From Myxococcota bacterium (GTDB lineage: Bacteria > Myxococcota_A > UBA9160 > SZUA-336), in NCBI GenBank assembly GCA_965247115.1, contig CBDFGR010000002.1:960001-1024000 (forward strand): a stretch of 64,000 nucleotides of DNA, read 5' to 3'. Position 1 is the first letter of the stretch. Each line of letters starts with the position of its first letter. Below the pieces are notes generated by a model that had not been told where the DNA came from, did not search any database, and saw nothing but the letters and a program-made list of their open reading frames with translations. This document shows positions 17,091 through 27,676 of the stretch, one piece after another. The translations under genes and the position numbers were made by a program.

Positions 17091-17915
17091 ATGAGTCGGC
17101 ATCTTTCCACCGCGGAGGTATCCAGGATCCTCGGGATCCGGGAGGCGCGTGTGCGCGAGCTGGCCCGGGCGGGGCTGTGTCGCCCCACGCGCAGCGGTCG
17201 CTCCTACGCCTTCTCCTTCCAGGACCTGGTCGTGCTGCGCGCCGCCGAGGGCCTGTTCCGGCGCAAGGTGCCTGCGGCCCGCGTGCAGCGCGCGCTCTCC
17301 GCGCTGATCCGCGAGCTGCCGGAGGATCGTCCCATCTCGGGCTTGCGCATCTACGCGGACGGCCGGAACGTGGCCGTTAGCGACGGCGCTGCTGCCTGGC
17401 TGCCAGAGAGCGGACAGACCGTGCTCAACTTCGACGTCGACGAGCTTGCCGATCGGGTCGAGGAGCTCGGCTCCGCCGGCCCGGAGGAGCCGCGCCCGGT
17501 CGATGCCGCGGCCCGCGCCCAGCAGCAGTTCCAGCGAGCCCTGGACACGCAGGACGCGGATCCCGAAGCCGCCGCTGCAGCCTATCAACGCGCACTCGAG
17601 CTGGATCCCGGCCTGATCGAGGCATACGTGAATCTCGGACGGCTTGCCCACCAGGCCGGAGATGCGCAGGAGGCGGCACGTGTCTACAAGCTCGCGCTCG
17701 AGCGGAGCCCCGACGACGCGATCCTCCACTTCAATCTTGCCCTAGCGCTCGAGGACAGCCACGGGGCAGGTCCAGCAGCGCACCACTACGAGTGCGCGCT
17801 CCGTCTCGACCCCGACTTCGCCGACGCCCACTACAACCTCGCCGGGCTGTGCGAGCAACTCGGCCGCAAAGCCGACGCGCTCCGCCACTACCACGCCTAC
17901 AAAAAACTGACCTAG
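17091..17915 (+). CDS. MerR-like HTH plus tetratricopeptide-repeat protein
   Basis: N-terminal STAEVSRILGI...YAFSFQDL; C-terminal TPRs (AYVNLG, HFNLA, AHYNLA). Confidence 0.8.
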   Translation: MSRHLSTAEVSRILGIREARVRELARAGLCRPTRSGRSYAFSFQDLVVLRAAEGLFRRKVPAARVQRALSALIRELPEDRPISGLRIYADGRNVAVSDGAAAWLPESGQTVLNFDVDELADRVEELGSAGPEEPRPVDAAARAQQQFQRALDTQDADPEAAAAAYQRALELDPGLIEAYVNLGRLAHQAGDAQEAARVYKLALERSPDDAILHFNLALALEDSHGAGPAAHHYECALRLDPDFADAHYNLAGLCEQLGRKADALRHYHAYKKLT

Positions 17916-18108
17916 CCTTGTGGGACCCGGCGCCTGCCTTGTGGGACCCGGCGCGCGGGCGTCCGCGCGCTTCCCACCTTCGTTCGCCTTCGGCTCACTG
18001 CGCGCGGCGCTACCGCCTGCCTTGTGGGACCCTACGCGCGGGCGTCCGCGCGCTTCCCACCTTCGTTCGCCTTCGGCTCACTGCGCGCGCCGCTACCGCG
18101 GCGCTTGC
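17915..18108 (+). repeat. Tandem GTGGGACCC-family REP-like repeats (one partial and two ~83-90 bp units)
   Basis: Units start GCCTTGTGGGACCC at 17915, 17936 and 18019; internal hairpin GCGCGGGCGTCCGCGC. Confidence 0.9.
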
Positions 18109-18163
18109 GGGGTGCCTCGACGTCGGCTTGGTGTCGCTTGCGGAGTTCCCCGAGAAGCAAGTA

Positions 18164-18277
18164 GTCGGAGGTCGGGAAACGTCCCCCGGAGGACTGTGGT
18201 AGCGGTATTCGAGGCAAGCAAATCCGCTGAGCATGCGAGGAGCGGAGTCCTCCGGGGGACGTTTCCCGACCTCCGAC
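18164..18277. repeat. Perfect 32-bp inverted repeat with 50-bp spacer
   Basis: GTCGGAGGTCGGGAAACGTCCCCCGGAGGACT (18164-18195) and its exact reverse complement (18246-18277). Confidence 0.9.
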
Positions 18278-18311
18278 GGGGTTGGTCTCGACGTGGTTAG
18301 CTTGGGGACAA

Positions 18312-18381
18312 CTCAGTGACCAGAAGTTCCGACTTCGGCCAAACAAGTTCGGATTGAGGACCGTCCCCAAGTTCGGATTCC
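18312..18381. repeat. Right half of a GGGGACGGTC-family element
   Basis: 70 bp matching 45682-45751 with 2 mismatches. Confidence 0.9.
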
Positions 18382-18384
18382 CGG

Positions 18385-19260
18385 CTAGGAGGGGGCGACT
18401 TCTTCGAGCGGGATTGGGTCGGTGGCTGTTGCGCCTTCGCGGCGGCGGAGGCAGTGGACCTGTTGGTAGCCGGCGGCGGAGATGGCTTTCAGGCAGGCGT
18501 CAAGACCGATACCGACCTCCGCGGGGCCGTGGCTGTCGTCGCCTAGGGTGACGCCGATCTCCATCTGTCGGGCTCGCTCGAGGATTGCGGCCAGCGGGTA
18601 CGGGGGGCCGAGGCCCCTGCGAGGGGGGGCCGCGTTCACGTCGAGCAGCGCGCCGGACTCGCGCACGGCTTCGAGCGCTCGCTCGATCTCGAGCCACGTG
18701 CTCTCGTCGAAGCTCGGGTTCTCTCCAGCAAACTTCCGAATCAGGTCGAAGTGACCGACGACGGTCGGACGGAACTCGCTCACCATCTCAGCCAGCTGCT
18801 GGAAGTAGGCTCGGTGCAGGGCGGACATTCCTCCGAGGTGCGCCGCGGCCTGCCGGTTCCGCTCCTCGGTCATGTCTATCGGCATGTCCCCCACGTGGTG
18901 GACGCTGCCGATCGTGTAGTCGAAGTGTGCCGAGCGCAGCTCGTTCATCCAGTCGAGCCAACCCTCTGGCGGCACCATCTCGGTCTCAAAGCCGACGAGC
19001 ACCTCGAGTCGTCCCTCGAGCTCTCCTTGCAGGGCTCGAGCGCGGTCGACATAGGCGGAGAAGATCCGCGCCAGATCCGCTGGAGTCAGGTCCTCCTCGC
19101 CAGGATAGAGATCTTCCGCGCGGAGACGCGGCGCGTGCTCGGACACTCCGTAGACGCTGAAGCCTCGTTCGCAGGCGCTCTCGAGCACCTCGGCCAGGGA
19201 GCCGTTCGCATGTCGGCAGAACTCGCCGCTGTGTCCGCCGTGAAAGCTAAACCAGGCCAC
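18385..19260 (-). CDS. PHP-family histidinol-phosphatase (HisJ/HisK type)
   Basis: HGGHSGEFCRHA, SEHAP, GSVHH, GHFDLI, GDDSH. Confidence 0.82.
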   Translation of the reverse strand: MAWFSFHGGHSGEFCRHANGSLAEVLESACERGFSVYGVSEHAPRLRAEDLYPGEEDLTPADLARIFSAYVDRARALQGELEGRLEVLVGFETEMVPPEGWLDWMNELRSAHFDYTIGSVHHVGDMPIDMTEERNRQAAAHLGGMSALHRAYFQQLAEMVSEFRPTVVGHFDLIRKFAGENPSFDESTWLEIERALEAVRESGALLDVNAAPPRRGLGPPYPLAAILERARQMEIGVTLGDDSHGPAEVGIGLDACLKAISAAGYQQVHCLRRREGATATDPIPLEEVAPS

Positions 19261-19284
19261 GCTCGCGATGATACACTCGCCGAC

Positions 19285-19803
19285 ATGGAAGAACTCTGGG
19301 ATCGCATCCTACGCGCCAGCAAGCTCGAGCCCGATGTCTACGAGGAAGTCGAGGCCGACCAGGCGGCAACGCCTCAGGCCGCGTTGGTGGTCGTGCTGTC
19401 GGCGGTCGCTGCCGGAATCGGGAACGTGGTCAGCGCAGGTGTCTTCGGCGTGATCGTTTTCGCCATCGCAGCCCTCATTGGCTGGTACGTCTGGGCATAC
19501 CTGACCTACTTCATCGGCACGCGTCTGCTTCCCGAGGTGCAGACCCAGGCGGATTACGGTCAGCTCCTGCGCACGATCGGCTTTGCGAGCGCTCCCGGAA
19601 TGATCCGCGTCTTCGGGATCATCCCAGGGATTGGCGGGCTCTTCTTTCCCCTTGCAGGGATCTGGATGCTGATCGCGACGGTGATTGCGGTGCGACAGGC
19701 GCTCGACTACACGAGCACCCTGCGCGCCGTCGGGGTCTGCCTGCTTGGCTGGATCGTCTACGCGGTAATCGCGTTCATCCCCGCCCTCCTCTTCCGCCTG
19801 TAG
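19285..19803 (+). CDS. YIP1-like membrane protein
   Basis: YEEVEAD...[22 protein letters not shown]; several hydrophobic helices. Confidence 0.7.
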   Translation: MEELWDRILRASKLEPDVYEEVEADQAATPQAALVVVLSAVAAGIGNVVSAGVFGVIVFAIAALIGWYVWAYLTYFIGTRLLPEVQTQADYGQLLRTIGFASAPGMIRVFGIIPGIGGLFFPLAGIWMLIATVIAVRQALDYTSTLRAVGVCLLGWIVYAVIAFIPALLFRL

Positions 19804-19871
19804 CCTCTGCTCCCGATCGACGTCGGCGGCAACGACTGGGCCTCCGTCTGATTGGCTATAATCCGCCCGCC

Positions 19872-20783
19872 ATGGCTGACGTCCCACGCCTTACCCATCT
19901 GAAGCAACTCGAAGCGGAGAGCATCCACATCATTCGGGAAGTGGCAGCAGAGTTCGAGCACCCGGTCATGCTCTACTCGATCGGCAAGGACTCGAGCGTC
20001 ATGCTCCACCTCGCCCGCAAGGCCTTCTATCCGGCGCGGCTTCCGTTCCCGCTCTTGCACATCGACACGACCTGGAAGTTCTCGGCGATGATCGAGTTTC
20101 GCGACCGGGTCGCGAAGGAGTACGCGCTCGAGCTGATCGTCCACACAAACGAGGCGGGTCTGCGAGAAGGCGTCAATCCCTTCGACTCCGGCAGCAAGAA
20201 GTACACCGACGTCATGAAGACCGTGGCGCTGAAGCAGGCGCTGGAGGCCGGCGGCTTCGACGCGGCCTTCGGAGGCGCACGCCGCGACGAGGAGATGTCG
20301 CGTGCGAAGGAGCGCGTCTTCTCGTTCCGCGACCGTTTTCATCGCTGGGACCCGAAGAACCAGCGGCCCGAGCTCTGGAACCTGTACAACGGCAAGCTAG
20401 ACGTGGGCGAGAGCATCCGCGTCTTCCCGCTCTCGAACTGGACCGAGCTCGACGTGTGGCAGTACGTCTACCTGGAGGAGATCGCCATCGTTCCGCTCTA
20501 CTTCGCAGCGGAGCGCCCGGTCGTCGAGCGTGATGGAGCGTTGATCATGGTCGACGACGAGCGCTTCCGCTTCGAGCCCGGCGAGCGTGCCGAGCATCGC
20601 AGCGTGCGCTTTCGAACGCTGGGCTGCTACCCGCTCTCGGGAGCGGTCGAGTCCACGGCGAGCACCCTGCCACAGATCATCCAGGAGATGCTCCTCGCGA
20701 AGCGTTCGGAACGCGAGGGGCGGGTGATCGACTACGACCAGCAGGGCTCGATGGAGCTCAAGAAGCGCGAAGGCTACTTCTAG
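19872..20783 (+). CDS. cysD: Sulfate adenylyltransferase subunit 2
   Basis: [34 protein letters not shown]. Confidence 0.96.
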   Translation: MADVPRLTHLKQLEAESIHIIREVAAEFEHPVMLYSIGKDSSVMLHLARKAFYPARLPFPLLHIDTTWKFSAMIEFRDRVAKEYALELIVHTNEAGLREGVNPFDSGSKKYTDVMKTVALKQALEAGGFDAAFGGARRDEEMSRAKERVFSFRDRFHRWDPKNQRPELWNLYNGKLDVGESIRVFPLSNWTELDVWQYVYLEEIAIVPLYFAAERPVVERDGALIMVDDERFRFEPGERAEHRSVRFRTLGCYPLSGAVESTASTLPQIIQEMLLAKRSEREGRVIDYDQQGSMELKKREGYF

Positions 20784-20785
20784 CG

Positions 20786-22690
20786 ATGAGTCATCAGTCG
20801 GACCTCATCGCGACCGACATCGACGCGTACCTGGTGCAGCACGAGCGAAAGGACTTACTGCGCCTCCTGACGTGTGGAAGCGTCGATGACGGCAAGAGCA
20901 CGCTGATCGGCCGCTTGCTCCACGATTCCAAGCTTCTGTACGAAGATCAGCTCGCCGCCGCGACCAGCGATAGCAAGACGATGGGCACGACGGGGGACGA
21001 GGTCGACCTGGCACTGTTGCTGGACGGGCTGCGCGCCGAGCGCGAGCAAGGCATCACCATCGATGTCGCCTATCGCTACTTTTCGACTGCCGACCGTAAA
21101 TTCATCATCGCCGATACGCCGGGACACGAACAATACACGCGCAACATGGCGACGGGCGCCTCGACCTGTGACCTCGCGATCATCCTGATCGATGCGCGGC
21201 ACGGCATCCGCGTCCAGACCAAGCGCCACAGCTACATCGCGGCCCTGCTCGGCATCAAGCACGTGGTGGTCGCGGTCAACAAGATGGACCTTGTGGACTT
21301 CTCTCGGGAAGTCTTCGAGGACATTCGCGAGGCGTACCGGGCCTTCGCGGAGCAGCTCGGAATTCGGGATCAGGCCTGCATCCCTCTCTCGGCGCTGCGC
21401 GGTGACAACGTCGTCGACAGGAGCGCCGCCACGCCGTGGTACACGGGGCCGGCCTTGATGGAGCACCTGGAGAACGTGGAGATCCACGCCGATCGCAACC
21501 TAGCCGACTTCCGGTTGCCGGTGCAGCTCGTGTTGCGTCCAGACGCGACGTTCCGCGGCTACGCGGGGACAATTGCCTCGGGGATCGTTCAGAAGGGCGA
21601 CGAAGTCGCCGTGCTCCCCTCGGGGAGGCGTAGCCGCGTGAGCTCGATCGTGAGCCCCGATGGCGACCTCGACCGCGCCGTCGCGCCCATGTCGATCGCC
21701 CTCGTCCTGGATGACGAGATCGACGTGAGCCGGGGAGACATGATCGTTCACCCTCAGAACACGCCGCGCACCGACCACGACGTGGAGGCCATGCTGGTCT
21801 GGATGGCCGAAGAGCCGATGGTCCCCGGCAAGCCCTACCTCTTCAAGCAGACGACGCGCACGACTCGAGGCTGCGTATCGAGCCTGCGTCACAGAGTCGA
21901 CGTGAACACGCTAGAGCGCGAGTCCGCTCCAACCCTGGAGCTAAACGAGATCGGACGCTGTGGACTGAGCTTCGAGCAGCCACTGATCTACGACCCCTAC
22001 TCCATGAACCGGGGCACCGGCGCGCTGGTCGTGATAGACCCGCTCACGAACGGCACGGTCGGCGCGGGCGTGATCCTGGGCCTGGACTCTGCCAAGACCG
22101 ATCAGCTGCGGGGCCGTTTGAGCTCTGTCACGGCCGAGGAGCGGAACGCACGCTACGCGCAGAATCCTGTGACGATCCTGCTCACGGGCCTCGCGGGTTC
22201 GGGGAAGTCGACACTCGCCTACGCGCTGGAGCGCAGGCTCTTCGACGCGGGACGGGCGACCAGCGTGCTCGACGGACAGAACATGCGCCTCGGAATCAGC
22301 AAGGACCTCGGCTTCAGCTTCGCAGACCGCTCAGAGAACCTGCGCCGCTCTGCCGAAGTGGCGCGGGTGATCTCCGATGCGGGACTGATCTGCATCTGCG
22401 CCTTCCTGGCCCCGAGCCGTCTCGCACGCGACAACGCTCGCGACGTGCTCGGGGCGGAGCGCTTCCTCGAGATCCACCTGGACGCGCCCATCGACGTCTG
22501 CCGTGCGCGAGACCGAGAAGGCATGTATCCGCTGGCGGACCGCGGCGAGATCGCGAACTTCCCCGGCGTCTCGGCCCCGTACGAGGCCCCGGAGGCGCCG
22601 GACCTGCGCCTGGCAACCGACCAGCTCGACGTGGAGACCTGTGTCGAGCGGATTCTCGAGCTGCTGCGCGCGCGCGGCTTCGTCCGCTGA
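20786..22690 (+). CDS. cysNC: Fused sulfate adenylyltransferase subunit 1 / APS kinase
   Basis: [26 protein letters not shown]-terminal GLAGSGKST and LDGQNMR kinase domain. Confidence 0.93.
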   Translation: MSHQSDLIATDIDAYLVQHERKDLLRLLTCGSVDDGKSTLIGRLLHDSKLLYEDQLAAATSDSKTMGTTGDEVDLALLLDGLRAEREQGITIDVAYRYFSTADRKFIIADTPGHEQYTRNMATGASTCDLAIILIDARHGIRVQTKRHSYIAALLGIKHVVVAVNKMDLVDFSREVFEDIREAYRAFAEQLGIRDQACIPLSALRGDNVVDRSAATPWYTGPALMEHLENVEIHADRNLADFRLPVQLVLRPDATFRGYAGTIASGIVQKGDEVAVLPSGRRSRVSSIVSPDGDLDRAVAPMSIALVLDDEIDVSRGDMIVHPQNTPRTDHDVEAMLVWMAEEPMVPGKPYLFKQTTRTTRGCVSSLRHRVDVNTLERESAPTLELNEIGRCGLSFEQPLIYDPYSMNRGTGALVVIDPLTNGTVGAGVILGLDSAKTDQLRGRLSSVTAEERNARYAQNPVTILLTGLAGSGKSTLAYALERRLFDAGRATSVLDGQNMRLGISKDLGFSFADRSENLRRSAEVARVISDAGLICICAFLAPSRLARDNARDVLGAERFLEIHLDAPIDVCRARDREGMYPLADRGEIANFPGVSAPYEAPEAPDLRLATDQLDVETCVERILELLRARGFVR

Positions 22691-22697
22691 GACAACC

Positions 22698-23423
22698 ATG
22701 GAGCTCCCCTTCGATAAGGGAACACGTCACAGGATCTACTTGCTCCGGCATGCGGAGGCGGCCTATGGAAGCCTCGGCCCTTCTGACGACCCGCGCCGCG
22801 TTCCGCTGACGCCCCTCGGGCGTGAGGAGGCGGCCGCCATGGCCAAGCTCCTGGCGGATACAGACTTCGACCGGGCTGTGTGCTCGGGGCTGCCCCGCAC
22901 CCGCGAGACGGCCGAGATCGTGCTCGGCAACCGTGAGCTCCCGCTCGAATCGGTGCCCGAGCTCGAGGAGGTCCGCCACCGGCCGCGCTCACGAGCGGTG
23001 GCCGGACCAGATCTCCAGCAAGCGCTGGCGTACGCACTGTGGAGCGCAAAAGAGCCCGATGGCGCGTTTCTCGGCGGTGAGCGCTTCTCCGATCTCTGGG
23101 AGCGCGTGATCTCGGCGCTGGAGGCGCTGCTCTCTCGCCCGAGCTGGTCGCGACTCCTCCTTGTCTGCCATGGTGCGGTGAACCGCGTGATCCTGAGCTG
23201 GGCCCTGGCCGCGGACAGACAATCCATGCCGAACATGGAGCAGGACTCGTGCTGTCTCAACGTGATCGACGTGGACATCGACGCTGCTACCAGCGGGGTC
23301 CTCCGTACCCTGGTCCGCGCTCTTAACCTGACCACGTACGACCTGCCAAAGACCGACCGGGTGCTAACGACGCTGGAGCTCCAGGCCCTCCGCCTCCAGC
23401 CGGGAGACCGCTCGGGCGAGTAA
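22698..23423 (+). CDS. Histidine phosphatase (phosphoglycerate mutase-like)
   Basis: YLLRHAE, SGLPRTRETA, LVCHG. Confidence 0.85.
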   Translation: MELPFDKGTRHRIYLLRHAEAAYGSLGPSDDPRRVPLTPLGREEAAAMAKLLADTDFDRAVCSGLPRTRETAEIVLGNRELPLESVPELEEVRHRPRSRAVAGPDLQQALAYALWSAKEPDGAFLGGERFSDLWERVISALEALLSRPSWSRLLLVCHGAVNRVILSWALAADRQSMPNMEQDSCCLNVIDVDIDAATSGVLRTLVRALNLTTYDLPKTDRVLTTLELQALRLQPGDRSGE

Positions 23424-23517
23424 CCTGGCCCCGCGCCCTACTTCATGCCGGGGAGCACTCCGGCCTACCCCTCATGCCCGTTTCACGACGCCAGCGCGGT
23501 TCGGTACCCTTTCAGTC

Positions 23518-24372
23518 GTGATCGAGGTAACCGGGCTGGTCTTCGCATACCCGGGTGCGAAGGAGCCGGCCGTAAACGATCTGGAGTTCGCGGTCGAGGA
23601 CGGCGAGATCCTCGGATTCCTGGGACCGAACGGCGCTGGCAAGAGCACCACGCAGAAGGTTCTCACCGGCCTGCTGCGCGACTACAGCGGCAAGGTACGC
23701 GTCCTCGAGCGCGAGGTGCGCGACTGGGGTTCCGATCTGTACGAGCAGGTCGGGGTCGGCTTCGAGCTTCCTGTTCACTACGGCCGTCTCACGGCGCGCG
23801 AGAATCTGCGCTACTTCGGCTCGCTGTATCGGGGCGAGATAGAGGATCCGGACGCGCTGCTAGAGCAGATGGATCTGCTGGACCAAGCAGACGTGCGCGT
23901 CGACCGCTTCTCGAAGGGCATGCGCGTGCGCTTGAGCTTTGCACGCTCGCTTCTGTGTCGCCCGCGGCTGCTGTTCCTGGACGAGCCCACGACGGGGCTC
24001 GATCCGGTCAGCGCGCGGCGCATCAAGGACCTGATTCTTCAGCACCGGGCGCGCGGTGCGACGGTCTTCCTCACCACCCACGACATGGCAACGGCGGACG
24101 AGCTTTGCGACCGCGTGGCGTTCCTGGTCGACGGGCGCATCGCCCTGATCGACGCCCCGCGCGAGCTCAAGGTCCGCTACGGGGAGGAGCGCGTGCGCGT
24201 GGAGTACCGCGTCGACGAGACGCTCGAGGCGCGCGACTTTCCACTGGAGGGTCTGGCTGAGAACGCGGAGTTCCTCGCGGCGTTGCGCGAGCCGTCCCTG
24301 GAGACGATCCACACCCAGGAGTCGTCGCTCGAGCGCATTTTCATTCGCGTGACCGGTCGGGAGCTCGCGTGA
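23518..24372 (+). CDS. ABC-2 exporter ATP-binding protein
   Basis: GPNGAGKST, FSKGM, LFLDEPT. Confidence 0.92.
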   Translation: MIEVTGLVFAYPGAKEPAVNDLEFAVEDGEILGFLGPNGAGKSTTQKVLTGLLRDYSGKVRVLEREVRDWGSDLYEQVGVGFELPVHYGRLTARENLRYFGSLYRGEIEDPDALLEQMDLLDQADVRVDRFSKGMRVRLSFARSLLCRPRLLFLDEPTTGLDPVSARRIKDLILQHRARGATVFLTTHDMATADELCDRVAFLVDGRIALIDAPRELKVRYGEERVRVEYRVDETLEARDFPLEGLAENAEFLAALREPSLETIHTQESSLERIFIRVTGRELA

Positions 24373-25076
24373 GCCGGCTCTCCGCCACGTTGCGACTCGA
24401 TGCGCAGCTCCAGGCGCGCAACAAGGTGTACCTGATCATCGCGGTCGCCGCTCTCGGACTGGCCTTCGCACTTCGTGCGCTCTTCACCCCTGGGCAGCTG
24501 CATTTCTTCATGCCGCTGGTGGCCCTCTCCGGCGTGAGCCTGACAACGTACTTTCTGATCGGCGTACTGCTGCTGCTCGAGCGGGGGGAGGGCACGCTCG
24601 ACGTCGTGCTGGTCTCGCCATTGCGGTCGGCCGAGTACCTTGCCTCCAAGCTCTTGACGGTCACCGCGCTCGCGCTGGTCGAGAGCGCGCTCATCGTGGG
24701 CATAGTCTACGGGCTGGCCTTCTCGCTTCCGTGGCTAGTGCTGGCGGTGCTGATGCGCGCCGGCCTGGTCGGCGCCGTCGGTGTGGCCGTGGGCGCGCGC
24801 TATCGCTCGATCACGGGCTTCCTTTTGCCGGGGATCGCGCTCACCGTGGCGTTCGATCTGCCGGTCCTCTGGTACCTGGAGCTCTGGCCCAGTCCGCTCT
24901 TCTACGTGTGGCCGACGCTGCCATCGCTGCTTCTGGCCAAGGCCGCATTCCTGCCGGTCGACCCGCTCCAGCTGGCCTACGCTTGTGTCTACGGCACGCT
25001 GGCCGTCGGAGCCGCCGTGTTCTGGGCGTCGTGCGCGCTCGACCGCTTCGTCGTGCGCGGGGAGCTCGGTTCGTGA
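24369..25076 (+). CDS. ABC-2 exporter permease (fluoroquinolone-exporter-like)
   Basis: About 6 TM helices, ERGEGTL..VSPL..EYLASK; GTGA overlap with the ATPase gene. Confidence 0.8.
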   Translation: MSRLSATLRLDAQLQARNKVYLIIAVAALGLAFALRALFTPGQLHFFMPLVALSGVSLTTYFLIGVLLLLERGEGTLDVVLVSPLRSAEYLASKLLTVTALALVESALIVGIVYGLAFSLPWLVLAVLMRAGLVGAVGVAVGARYRSITGFLLPGIALTVAFDLPVLWYLELWPSPLFYVWPTLPSLLLAKAAFLPVDPLQLAYACVYGTLAVGAAVFWASCALDRFVVRGELGS

Positions 25077-25813
25077 CCGCGCACGTGACCAGGGCCCTGC
25101 GGGTGCTCGCGCCCAACGATCTGCGCCTGATCTGGCGCGACGGCTTCCTGCTGATGATGCTGCTCGTCCCGCCGCTTACCTGTCTGGGCTTTCGCTGGCT
25201 GGTTCCGTACCTGACGGGAGTCGTGGCCGAGTGGGTGGAGCTCGAGCGTTACTACGGGCTCATCCTGGCCAACTTTCTGGTCGCCATGCAGCCGGTCATG
25301 CTGGGCGCCGTCGTTGGCATCCTCTTCATCGAGGAGCGCGACGAGGGCACGCTGCTGGCGCTCCAGGCCAGTCCGCTCTCGCTCCGCAGCTTCCTGGGCT
25401 ACCGGCTGCTGGCCGCAATGGGCCTCAGCATTGCGCTCACGTCGATCGACGTGCCACTCGCGGGCCTGGTCTCGGTCTCGCTCTTCGAGCTACTGGCGGC
25501 AGCAACCCTCGCCTCGTTCGCCGTCCCGCTCGTCGCGCTCGCCTATGCGGTCTACATCCAGAACAAGGTGCAAGCGGTGACCGCGATCAAGCTGGTGCAG
25601 GCATGGGGGGGTCTACCCGTGCTGCTCTTCTTCGCGCCCACGCCCTGGCAGTGGATCGGAAGCGTGCCAGGGCCTCTCTACTATCCCATGCGTCTGTTCT
25701 GGAGCGCCGCCGACGGTCGAGCGGAGTGGTGGCTGATCCTGCCGGGACTGATCCTGCAGGGGGCGGCGCTACTCTGGCTGCTGCGCCGCTTCCAGCGCAC
25801 CGTCTATGCCTGA
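25073..25813 (+). CDS. ABC-2 exporter permease, second subunit
   Basis: EERDEGTLLALQASPL; hydrophobic; GTGA overlap. Confidence 0.8.
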   Translation: MTAHVTRALRVLAPNDLRLIWRDGFLLMMLLVPPLTCLGFRWLVPYLTGVVAEWVELERYYGLILANFLVAMQPVMLGAVVGILFIEERDEGTLLALQASPLSLRSFLGYRLLAAMGLSIALTSIDVPLAGLVSVSLFELLAAATLASFAVPLVALAYAVYIQNKVQAVTAIKLVQAWGGLPVLLFFAPTPWQWIGSVPGPLYYPMRLFWSAADGRAEWWLILPGLILQGAALLWLLRRFQRTVYA

Positions 25814-25899
25814 GACGGTGATTCCCACGTTTCCGTGGAGAGCACACGCGCCAACGAATCGCGATGCAATGGAGCTGCGACTATTCTACGGGCGTCTGC

Positions 25900-26727
25900 T
25901 CAGGCGGCGGCGTCTTTCGGGTATGCGCACATGACGCGAGTCTCGAGGCTGCGTCGCTCGACGGTGTTGTCGGCGCCGCCCCGGTCGTAGAAGGACGTGT
26001 GGGGACAGACCTGGGCGACGCCGGTGCGGGAGTCGAGCTGCTTGAAAACAATGAGCTCGTCGGTCGTGAGCCCCGAAAAGTAGTAGAGCAGGTGAGCGGA
26101 GCTGTGGAGGGGGAGGGAGGCGATACCCTGGTTCCCCTCCGTGACGTAGTACTCGACCACACTATCCGGGTCCAGCGACGAAGCGTCGAGGACCGTCAGG
26201 TAGTTGCGGACATTGTCGCGTTCGATCAGCTGCCAGACGTTGTACCAGGCGAAATCCCACCGCTGCATCTCGCCAAGGAGAGGGCTCTTTAGGCAGGATA
26301 GCAGGTCGCGCGCCATCGCTTGCCACCGGCCGGGACGGTAGTCGCAGTGCACGTAGCGCGCGTACGCGCTGAGAAACGTTTTCGGGTTTTCGTTGCGGAT
26401 CTGGTGACCCATGGAGAAGATGTGCGAGGCGCCCGTGAGCCGTCGGAGGAGCGCCTGGACCTCGCCGTAATACGTCTCCTCGACCTCGTTTTCGTCTCTG
26501 AAGTCAGTCACCGCCGAATGCAGCGGCGCCAGGACGAAGCCCGTTGAATCCAGGTCGAGCTCGCCGCGCTCTTGAAGCGGCCGGGCGTCCGCGATCTCGA
26601 CGTCATACAGCGTCGTGTTTGCGTGCCGCGTCGCCTTCGAGCAGATCCGCGGGCGCTCATTCCGGTCCCGCCAGTTCTTCCACTCGGAATTCAGATATCT
26701 GACCTGTGCGCGTACGGTGCCCGCCAT
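25900..26727 (-). CDS. CmcJ/NvfI-like oxidoreductase
   Basis: LDSTGF, YYGEV, VHCDY, YNVW, FKQLDS, CPHTSF, RRSLETR. Confidence 0.7.
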   Translation of the reverse strand: MAGTVRAQVRYLNSEWKNWRDRNERPRICSKATRHANTTLYDVEIADARPLQERGELDLDSTGFVLAPLHSAVTDFRDENEVEETYYGEVQALLRRLTGASHIFSMGHQIRNENPKTFLSAYARYVHCDYRPGRWQAMARDLLSCLKSPLLGEMQRWDFAWYNVWQLIERDNVRNYLTVLDASSLDPDSVVEYYVTEGNQGIASLPLHSSAHLLYYFSGLTTDELIVFKQLDSRTGVAQVCPHTSFYDRGGADNTVERRSLETRVMCAYPKDAAA

Positions 26728-26825
26728 CGCCCAACCTCCTGCCGGGCCGGAGTCTAGCCTTTCCAGCCGGGCCGATTCAGTAGACTGCCAGTCCCCGCCC
26801 TCCGGCGGACCCGGAGAGGAGACCC

Positions 26826-27233
26826 TTACAGCTGGACGGTCGCCGTCCCCATGACGCGCGTCTCACCCTGCTCGTTCAGGATCGTCAGATCGACCTCGAC
26901 GGTGCGATCCTCCTCGTTCACGTCGGTCACGACACTCTTGCAGGTAGGATCCGAGTCCACGAGCACGGGCGCCCGAAACACCGTATCGATCGTCAGAATT
27001 TTCGACCCGGGAGCCCAGCGATGTATGAGCCCTGCGAGGATTCCCTGGCTCATGATCCCAGGCACGATCGCCCCTGGCAGCCCCTCTTTGCGCGCCTCCT
27101 CGTGGTCCGTGAAACGAGTCGACGCCATGCCGCTCGCGTGGGTGAACAGGCGAATGCGCTCCATGCTCACGTCCGGCTTGAACTCAGGCAGATCCTGACC
27201 CAGCTCCACGTCGTCGAAATTGATTCTTGCCAT
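26826..27233 (-). CDS. MaoC-like hot-dog dehydratase
   Basis: DVELGQDLP, AIVPGIMS, FRAPV. Confidence 0.75.
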   Translation of the reverse strand: MARINFDDVELGQDLPEFKPDVSMERIRLFTHASGMASTRFTDHEEARKEGLPGAIVPGIMSQGILAGLIHRWAPGSKILTIDTVFRAPVLVDSDPTCKSVVTDVNEEDRTVEVDLTILNEQGETRVMGTATVQL

Positions 27234-27235
27234 GA

Positions 27236-27676
27236 CTACTCCGGGGGTGGCGTGCGTACCATGCGCCAGTCAACGATCGACACCAGCTCGTCGCGCTGAT
27301 TCCTGAACTCCATCTGGTGCACGATGAAGATCATGGACCCCGAGCGGCCGGTCTTCTCGTAGATGTCGGCGATGCGGCTGCGACCAACCAGCGTGTCACC
27401 AGGCCGCAGAGGCGCTCGCACCTCCACTCTCTTGCCTGCGTCGAAGCCGCCACCGTCAATTCGGGGGAACAGGGCGGGCATCTGCTTGCCGCGGCTGATC
27501 AGCTTCGCGGTAAACGTCGGGGGAGCCTGGAAGTCCGGGTCGCTGGAGTCGGTGAACTTCGGCTCCGTCTCCCCACAGGCAATCGCGAAGTCCCGAATCT
27601 CTTGTTCCGAGACCTGGAACTTCGCCTCGTCGAACTCCACGCCAATCCACTTGGCCTTCATGTCCTCTATTTGCAT
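27236..27676 (-). CDS. MaoC/FAS1-like dehydratase N-terminal-type hot-dog protein
   Basis: IRDFAIACGE, APPTF, PLRPGDTL, EKTGRSGSM. Confidence 0.78.
   Translation of the reverse strand: MQIEDMKAKWIGVEFDEAKFQVSEQEIRDFAIACGETEPKFTDSSDPDFQAPPTFTAKLISRGKQMPALFPRIDGGGFDAGKRVEVRAPLRPGDTLVGRSRIADIYEKTGRSGSMIFIVHQMEFRNQRDELVSIVDWRMVRTPPPE

Noticed and set aside
17915..18108. CRISPR array
   Set aside because: Units are ~83 bp and near-identical throughout, with no unique spacers and no cas genes
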